A stretch of DNA of 64,000 nucleotides from an uncultured Leptospirales bacterium. Its GTDB lineage: Bacteria > Spirochaetota > UBA4802 > UBA5368. The DNA lies in contig CAZUXY010000001.1 in assembly GCA_964624235.1 (NCBI GenBank), positions 143,288 to 207,287 of the forward strand, read 5' to 3'. Shown one piece after another: positions 57,630 to 64,000 of this stretch; position 1 is the stretch's first letter; the number at the start of each line of letters is the position of its first letter. The position numbers and the translations under genes are program-made. The notes beneath the pieces are model-generated. The model saw only the letters and a program-made list of their open reading frames with translations, had not been told where the DNA came from and searched no databases.

Positions 57630-59402
57630 TTATTTCGCGTCTTTAAGCCTTTTACCGAGCTCATTGTATTCCTGCCAGAGTTCATCCGGAAGACGGTCAC
57701 CGAAGATCTTAAGAAATTCATTATGACCTTTCATCTCCTCAATCCATTCGTTCTTGCTTATGGTGAGGAGTTGCTTCATGGCTTTTGAATTAAGGTCAAG
57801 TCCATCGACCGGTATATCGTCGTAATTCGGGATCAGACCTATGGGAGTTTCTCTCGCCCTCACTCGACTGAAGCAGCGATCGATTATCCATTTCAGAACC
57901 CTGAGGTTTTCACCAAAACCGGGCCACAGGTACTTCCCGTTTTCATCCTGACGGAACCAGTTTACATGAAAAATTTTCGGCGGATTCTCCATTTTTTTTC
58001 CCATGGAAAGCCAGTGACCAAAATAGTCCCCCATATGATAACCGCAGAAGGGCAACATTGCCATAGGGTCTCTGCGCACCTCACCAAGAGTACCGTACTG
58101 AGCCGCGGTCCTCTCCGACGCCATGGTTGCTCCCACATACACACCGTGCTGCCAGTTAAACGATTCATAAACCAGAGGAGTCAGCCTGGCTCTTCGGCCC
58201 CCGAACAGTATGGCCGAGATGGGAACACCCCTCGGATCCTGCCAGTGGGGTGAAATGCTGGGACACTGGCTTAACGGAGCGGTGAACCGGGCATTGGGAT
58301 TAGCACCCGGTTCCGGCGAATCCTTGGTCCATTCATTGCCTTTCCAGTCGATTCCCTTTTCAGGTACCGGGCCATCCATCCCTTCCCACCACACGTTCAG
58401 GTCGGGCGTAAGCAGAAGGTTGGTGAAAATGGTGTTTTTTCTGATGGTCGCCATGGCGTTGGGATTTGTTTTATAATTGGTCCCGGGTGCCACTCCGAAG
58501 AATCCATTTTCCGGATTTATCGCCCACAGCCTCCCGTCTTCACCGATCCTCATCCAGGCAATATCGTCCCCAACAGTCCATATCTTATATCCGGGCATGG
58601 TTTCAGGGGGTACAAGCATGGCAAGGTTGGTTTTCCCGCAGGCGGAAGGGAATGCACCCGCAATATAGGCCGTCTCCCCTTCGGGATTTTCAATACCTAC
58701 AATCAACATATGTTCGGCCAACCATCCCTCAATCCGGGCGAGATGGCTTGCGATGCGCAGCGCCAGGCACTTCTTACCCAGCAGCACATTACCGCCGTAA
58801 CCGGAACCGACGCTCATTATGGTGTTATACTCCGGGAAATGGCAGATATATCTGCGGGTGATATCAAGGTCCGCTTTGCCGTGCAGCCCTTTGGTGAATT
58901 CACCGTATTGTCCCAGCTCCTTCCATGCGACATTTCCCATACGCGTCATGATCCTCATATTCAGGACCACATATATACTGTCTGTTATTTCCACACCGAT
59001 TTTATTGAAACTGGAACCGGGAATCCCCATGATAAAGGGAAGCACGTACATTTTCCTTCCCCTCATGGATCCGTCGAAGATGGCTGAAAGCTTATCATTC
59101 GCTTCTTTCGGCGACATCCAGTTGTTTGAGGGGCCCGCATCATCTTTGTTATTGGTGCAGATGAAGGTCAGGTGCTCTGTCCGTGCAACATCATTTTGGG
59201 CGGTCCTGTGATAGACGCTTCCAGGTAATTTTTTTTGATCCAGTTCAATAAGTTCTCCGGTACTGAAAGCTTCCTTCTGAAGTTCCAGTTTTTCCTCTTC
59301 GGTCCCGTCGATCCATACGATCTGGTCGGGTTTTGTCAACCTGGCGACTTCATCGACCCATTCTAAAACGCCCTTGTGTTGAGTGAGCGGAACAGTATGC
59401 AT
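57630..59402 (-). CDS. pckG: Phosphoenolpyruvate carboxykinase (GTP)
   Basis: 590 aa. ...CHFPEYNTIMSVGSGYGGNVLLGKKC..., ...NWFRQDENGKYLWPGFGEN... are GTP-PEPCK signatures. Confidence 0.9.
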   Translation of the reverse strand: MHTVPLTQHKGVLEWVDEVARLTKPDQIVWIDGTEEEKLELQKEAFSTGELIELDQKKLPGSVYHRTAQNDVARTEHLTFICTNNKDDAGPSNNWMSPKEANDKLSAIFDGSMRGRKMYVLPFIMGIPGSSFNKIGVEITDSIYVVLNMRIMTRMGNVAWKELGQYGEFTKGLHGKADLDITRRYICHFPEYNTIMSVGSGYGGNVLLGKKCLALRIASHLARIEGWLAEHMLIVGIENPEGETAYIAGAFPSACGKTNLAMLVPPETMPGYKIWTVGDDIAWMRIGEDGRLWAINPENGFFGVAPGTNYKTNPNAMATIRKNTIFTNLLLTPDLNVWWEGMDGPVPEKGIDWKGNEWTKDSPEPGANPNARFTAPLSQCPSISPHWQDPRGVPISAILFGGRRARLTPLVYESFNWQHGVYVGATMASERTAAQYGTLGEVRRDPMAMLPFCGYHMGDYFGHWLSMGKKMENPPKIFHVNWFRQDENGKYLWPGFGENLRVLKWIIDRCFSRVRARETPIGLIPNYDDIPVDGLDLNSKAMKQLLTISKNEWIEEMKGHNEFLKIFGDRLPDELWQEYNELGKRLKDAK

Positions 59403-59443
59403 CCTTCCCTCCCTTGAACGGTATTGTCACAACATAATGATGC

Positions 59444-59466
59444 CGGGGAAAACCCCCTGGTTTTTA
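59444..59466 (+). terminator. Terminator-like hairpin plus T5 in the pckG / 59749-gene divergent region
   Basis: CCGGGG-AAAA-CCCCCTGG followed by TTTTT on the plus strand, 40-65 nt upstream of the pckG start on the opposite strand. Confidence 0.3.
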
Positions 59467-59748
59467 TAAGGAATTTCCTGGTAGATTTTCGCGCGAGGAA
59501 CAAGGTAACCGGTCAATGGGGAATACCCGGCACGCTTAAAGAGCTTTTGAATCCTTAAAAAAATAACACACCGGTGTCAATAAAAAAAAGCAACTGTCCG
59601 ACGGTCGAAAGGTGAATTATCAGAGTGATTGTGTCGATTTGATTGTATATTTTTATTGATTTGTTCTGTCATGAGGATGATTCTGGGCATTAAAAAATTA
59701 TATGAAACCCCGTTATGTATAGAACAGTTTTTTCTGTTGAGGTTTATT

Positions 59749-60852
59749 ATGAGCCAGACGTTTGCACTTCCAGAATATCGGTCGCCAGATTTCAATTCTA
59801 AAGTTTTCAAGGACTGCCCGGTAGTCGGTTTCAAGGAAGCTGAATTCGATGGAGTTGCACCGGAGCATTATCATGCCACCTCCATTTACCCGGAGTATTT
59901 TCAGATAAAGCGTGGAGAATGGAAGCTGGCTGAATCTTCACGCATGGACTGTGTCGTTATATCAGAACACGGCATACTTAAAGCCGTGGAATTCAGGCAT
60001 ATAAAAAAGGGAGACCCGGTAATCGTAGGACGCACCGAAGATGGAGAAGAAGGAATCTATGTGCACACGACAGGATTCGCTCCTCCAGCGGAGTCACGGG
60101 AAAAATTTTCATTTCACACACGAAGAACCAGGGAAACACCATTTTCAAGGGATTATGACAGTATTTATGAATTACTGAAACATGAAAGAGAGATGGGCAA
60201 TATCGTCTGGATTTTAGGACCGGCGGTTACTTTTGATTATGATTCGAGAAAATCCATGACCGGTCTCATCGAAAACGGGTATGTTCACGCATTGCTGGCA
60301 GGAAACGCCCTCGCGGTGCACGATATCGAAGCATCCATGTTTGGAACGGGTCTGGGACAGGATATTTACACCAAGGAGTATCGCAGACTTGGACATTATC
60401 ATCATCTCGATGCCATTAATGCCGTTCGCAGATACGGTTCGATGAAAAATGTTTTTCACAAGGGACTGCTTCGCGATGGTATTATTTGTTCATGTTTGAA
60501 GAAACAAATCCCTTTTGTACTGGCCGGCTCCATAAGAGACGACGGTCCCCTCCCCGATGTCATTGGGGATGTGTATGAAGCACAGGACCGTATGAGGGCG
60601 GTATTGTCAAAGGCAACAACGGTGATAGCGCTGGCGACCCAACTCCATGCCATCGCTTCGGGGAACATGTTACCGTCGCACCAGGTGAGAGAAGGAGTAG
60701 TGCGTCCGGTTTACTTTTATATAGTCGACATATCGGAATTCGCCCTGGATAAACTTGCGAATCGCGGCAGTCTCGAAGTGCGCGGCATAGTAACAAACGT
60801 GCAGGATTTCCTGATCAATGTAAGCAGGGCTCTTACTGAGGGCTCATCATAA
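59749..60852 (+). CDS. Conserved hypothetical protein (about 367 aa from the RBS-supported ATG)
   Basis: GAGG RBS 6 nt before the ATG at 59749. The track's TTG at 59629 adds a hydrophobic extension without an RBS. No motif recognised with confidence. Confidence 0.5.
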   Translation: MSQTFALPEYRSPDFNSKVFKDCPVVGFKEAEFDGVAPEHYHATSIYPEYFQIKRGEWKLAESSRMDCVVISEHGILKAVEFRHIKKGDPVIVGRTEDGEEGIYVHTTGFAPPAESREKFSFHTRRTRETPFSRDYDSIYELLKHEREMGNIVWILGPAVTFDYDSRKSMTGLIENGYVHALLAGNALAVHDIEASMFGTGLGQDIYTKEYRRLGHYHHLDAINAVRRYGSMKNVFHKGLLRDGIICSCLKKQIPFVLAGSIRDDGPLPDVIGDVYEAQDRMRAVLSKATTVIALATQLHAIASGNMLPSHQVREGVVRPVYFYIVDISEFALDKLANRGSLEVRGIVTNVQDFLINVSRALTEGSS

Positions 60853-61003
60853 TTAATTATATATTCACCTTTTCTTCATATTCCCTTCAGCCGCTTTCTC
60901 CATTATTCGTTACGGTAACAACCGCCGGTATAAACCTTTACTGAACCTGTAGACGGGTACAGGACAAAGCGTTTACGGTTAATTATTTAAAAGGGGTATG
61001 TGT

Positions 61004-61879
61004 ATGGACCTTAATCAGCAAAATACTAACTCTAGTCCCAGAGAGAACCGCACTTCGATCGGTGCCATTATAACCAGGCCTTACCTGATGGCAATAAACA
61101 GATTTCAGGTTAAAATCAAACTGTTTATAGAAAAGGAGGATTTCATTATTAAAACCGCCGAGAACGATTTTGAACTGGAGCAGGTTCTAAGACTCAGACA
61201 TGATGTATTCATCAGGGAACTGTTGAACAAAAAGAAACTGTTCGGGATCGACATCGACAAGTATGACATGCTTTGCGATCACCTGCTGGTTATTGAAAAA
61301 AATACCGGAGCCTATGTAGGTACATACAGATTGAATTCAGACCTGTATTCGGACTGTTTTTATTCCGAGAAGGAGTTTAATCTGGGAACCCTTATGAATG
61401 TGCCGGGCCTGAAACTGGAGATTGGAAGGGCGTGTATACGCCGGGATTTTCGTAAAAGCAATATGATGGGCCTGCTCTGGGAAGGAATATACGCGTATAT
61501 GGCCCTTATGAACGCCCGTTATGTATTCGGATGTTCCAGCATCATGACTACCAACATGATCGAGATCGCCATGGTTCACAAATACCTGGTCGACAACAAC
61601 CATTGCACTTTCGAGACGGGTGCATATCCGGTGAATAAATACAGGATCAAGGAATTCAACAAGTACCTGGATATGGTCGAAAAGATGAATATACACGAAG
61701 TATATATAAAGGCGGAGAAACTCATCCCGAGATTAATAAAAGATTATTTTAATTTCGGTGCAAAAATCCATGGTGAACCCGCTCTCGATAAGAACTTCCG
61801 TTGTATCGACGTGCTCACTATGCTCGATCTTCAATCCATGAATCACAGTTATAAAGACCAGCGGCTGACGGCGAAATAA
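61004..61879 (+). CDS. GNAT-fold N-acyltransferase of the OlsB / N-acyl amino acid synthase family
   Basis: ...LRLRHDVFIRELL...KYDMLCDHLLVIEKNTGAYVGTYRL... resembles the OlsB/Acetyltransf_5 core. The ATG at 61004 has an AAGGGG RBS at good spacing. Confidence 0.6.
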   Translation: MDLNQQNTNSSPRENRTSIGAIITRPYLMAINRFQVKIKLFIEKEDFIIKTAENDFELEQVLRLRHDVFIRELLNKKKLFGIDIDKYDMLCDHLLVIEKNTGAYVGTYRLNSDLYSDCFYSEKEFNLGTLMNVPGLKLEIGRACIRRDFRKSNMMGLLWEGIYAYMALMNARYVFGCSSIMTTNMIEIAMVHKYLVDNNHCTFETGAYPVNKYRIKEFNKYLDMVEKMNIHEVYIKAEKLIPRLIKDYFNFGAKIHGEPALDKNFRCIDVLTMLDLQSMNHSYKDQRLTAK

Positions 61880-62082
61880 TATCCCTCACCTCTCTTCATC
61901 CTCTGCGTGAGGATGAGGAGAGTTCCGTTTTCATACCCTCACCCATCTCATGTCTATTGCTTCAGCCTTGCCCCTCCTTTAATCTGAAACCGCACAAAAA
62001 ATACTTTATTTTATCATGTATTGCGGAAACAATGTTTTCTAAAAGACGCGGGACAATGTACACCGGATAAAGGACCCAGAAG

Positions 62083-63525
62083 ATGAAGCATCAGGGGATG
62101 ATTTTGCTTTTTGTATGCAATCTTGCGGTTACTAATGGGCTTTACGCGGAAGACCCCCAATCCCTCACCCGAAAGGGTATAGACCTCAGCGAAAAAAAAC
62201 AGTACAGCGAAGCGGCCAGAGAATTCAAAAAGGCGATTGATATCCACAACAATTCCTCGGCGAAATCCTATCACAACATGGGATGGGTGCTTGAACTTAA
62301 AGGGGAAACCGGAGAGGCGATAAAGCATTACGAAGAAGCACTGCGGAGAAATCCTTCACAAATCCCAACCTATGAGAGAGTGGGATACCTCTATTTCAAA
62401 ACCGGCGATTACGAAAAGGCTGTTGCCGCGGGCGAATATGTGATAAAGGTCGATCCGAAGAACCAGTCGGTAATACGATGGTTGCCCGAGGCTTACAAAC
62501 TAAAGCTGCAGAAGGAAATGCTCCTCGCCAGGAAACAGGAGGAGGAAAAAAAGAAACAGCAGGAAAAGCAAAAACCAGATGAAAAGCAGGAAAAGAAGGA
62601 AGAAAAAACCTCACGATTTTTATTCGCCACCTTCGACTTCATGCTCAGAACCGGTTACTATTTTGATGAGAACAAGTTCAAATACGTCGATACCGAAGGC
62701 CTTTACTCAAGTTTCCCTGAAATGCTGTATGTCAATATCACCCCCCTGCCGGCATGGGAGTTCGATCTTGCGGCAGGCCGTCCCTATCTGGGTGCGATGA
62801 CCCCCGATGTAATAATACATACTGAAACCCTTCAGGCCATGTTGCATATGGGCCCTTGGCATCTGGGCGCGGGCATTATGGGAAACCATTACCGCGATGA
62901 TTTCAATTTCGGGAAAAAATACGCGCTGACCGATTTTAAGGCCGGGGTCCTTTTCGGCGTAAAAAAAGAAAAATACACCACCAGGTTCGCCTTTTACCCC
63001 CGGTTCCTTCCCCATGACGGTCCGCAATCCAGCGGTAAATCCCTTGATGTGAGCATGTTCGAATTCAGCTATCACTATACGGTGGATACCGCACTGGGTT
63101 ACTATTCAAAAATTTCCGCCAAAGATTACTATTTCTTCAACCATACCGACAGGCGGTCCAATTACTACGGGGTTTACGATATCACCTTCGGTGTTTCACT
63201 GAACAGGCTTACCGAAGTTAAAAAGAAAAAATATTTAACTTTCATCCTGGAATTTACGGAAAGATTTTACCTTAGAAACCTCGACAATGACGACCCGTAC
63301 AGTCTGGCAAACGGGCAGGGACTTTTCGGCGCCGATGCCGATGGATGGTTCAGCGGGCATCCCTTTTCGGGCTTTTACACCCAGGGCCACCAGCTTTCAT
63401 TACGTGTTGAGGAGTGGTTGAACGCTTACCTGTTCCTCTACCAGTCATTTGTGTTCGAGATGGCCGGCACCAAAGGAGACCACAATGAATTCTCACTGCT
63501 TCTTGGTGTAGGCGGAAGCTACTGA
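62083..63525 (+). CDS. Outer-membrane protein: N-terminal TPR repeats, K/E-rich linker, C-terminal beta-barrel-like domain
   Basis: Signal peptide. Three TPR-like repeats. Linker KQEEEKKKQQEKQKPDEKQEKKEEK. C-terminal 330 aa with alternating aromatic/hydrophilic pattern, ending ...LLGVGGSY (terminal aromatic). Confidence 0.5.
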   Translation: MKHQGMILLFVCNLAVTNGLYAEDPQSLTRKGIDLSEKKQYSEAAREFKKAIDIHNNSSAKSYHNMGWVLELKGETGEAIKHYEEALRRNPSQIPTYERVGYLYFKTGDYEKAVAAGEYVIKVDPKNQSVIRWLPEAYKLKLQKEMLLARKQEEEKKKQQEKQKPDEKQEKKEEKTSRFLFATFDFMLRTGYYFDENKFKYVDTEGLYSSFPEMLYVNITPLPAWEFDLAAGRPYLGAMTPDVIIHTETLQAMLHMGPWHLGAGIMGNHYRDDFNFGKKYALTDFKAGVLFGVKKEKYTTRFAFYPRFLPHDGPQSSGKSLDVSMFEFSYHYTVDTALGYYSKISAKDYYFFNHTDRRSNYYGVYDITFGVSLNRLTEVKKKKYLTFILEFTERFYLRNLDNDDPYSLANGQGLFGADADGWFSGHPFSGFYTQGHQLSLRVEEWLNAYLFLYQSFVFEMAGTKGDHNEFSLLLGVGGSY

Positions 63526-63529
63526 CCAC

Positions 63530-64000
63530 ATGAATCTTGAAGAATGCCGGATTTTTACCGAGAAAGTTGCCAGGGACGCCGGGCCTATCCTGATGGGATC
63601 CTTCAGGTCGTCGAATATATCGGTATCCATGAAAAGCGCATCCGATCTCGTGACCAATGCAGACCGTGAATCGGAAGAGTATCTTGTAAACCGCATTCGC
63701 AGCCGATATCCCGACCACACGATCGTCGCCGAAGAGGGAAGCCGCATCGAAGGGCCGAAGGAATATATATGGTTCCTGGACCCGCTGGACGGGACCAATA
63801 ATTTTGCGCACGGAATCCCGGTGTTCAGTCTCTCCCTGGCGCTCTACTCGAGAAAAACCGGGAAAGTAATGGTGGGAGTGGTGTATGACCCTGTTCACCA
63901 TGAATTATTCAGCGCCGCCAGAGGAACAGGAGCATTCCTCAACTCCCGGGAAGTTACCGTTTCGAGTACTGTAACTCTGGAAAACTCGATACTCGCCACC
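63530..64000 (+). CDS. Inositol monophosphatase family protein (SuhB-like), N-terminal part
   Basis: ...VAEEGS...WFLDPLDGTNNFAHGIPVFSLSLAL... are IMPase motifs. Runs off the window end. Confidence 0.8.
   Translation, partial: MNLEECRIFTEKVARDAGPILMGSFRSSNISVSMKSASDLVTNADRESEEYLVNRIRSRYPDHTIVAEEGSRIEGPKEYIWFLDPLDGTNNFAHGIPVFSLSLALYSRKTGKVMVGVVYDPVHHELFSAARGTGAFLNSREVTVSSTVTLENSILAT

Noticed and set aside
1-64000. Mobile elements, prophage, CRISPR-Cas, tRNA/rRNA genes
   Set aside because: No transposase, integrase, Cas protein, phage structural gene or tRNA/rRNA-like conserved core was recognisable on either strand. The region looks like core chromosome.

Overview
The window is a 64-kb stretch of bacterial chromosome (mid GC, densely coding, about 50 genes), probably from a diderm anaerobe. 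The phylum cannot be determined from the sequence alone. The backbone is housekeeping. It includes partial purM and glyS (with no adjacent glyQ). On the minus strand there is a complete, classically ordered rimP-nusA-infB-rbfA-truB-rpsO-pnp cluster followed by an M16 peptidase. Also present are mgsA, class A PBP, HtrA/DegP, CarD/CdnL, a PIN-TRAM (YacL-like) protein, GTP-dependent PEP carboxykinase and a partial inositol monophosphatase. Interspersed are envelope and accessory-looking modules: bactofilin next to a LysM-M23 peptidase; a GT4 glycosyltransferase plus hexapeptide acetyltransferase; and a TetR-MMPL-LolA-like trio. An OlsB-like N-acyltransferase is followed by a TPR/beta-barrel outer-membrane protein. 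There is an orphan REC-PP2C response regulator, several TPR lipoproteins, and a Tat-lipoprotein amidohydrolase next to an SGNH hydrolase. Two flavoenzymes resemble FadH/enoate reductase and FabK. The most notable locus is 36.8-43.9 kb. It holds a sulfoacetaldehyde acetyltransferase (Xsc)-like ThDP enzyme followed by acetate kinase. These are transcribed divergently from a 1238-aa YdiJ-like FAD/Fe-S dehydrogenase fusion. A perfect 16-bp inverted repeat sits next to a TTGACA hexamer in the shared control region, and a strong GC hairpin lies between xsc and ackA. I found no rRNA, tRNA, CRISPR array, transposase or integrase. All calls are from reading translations and motifs by eye; no database searches were run.
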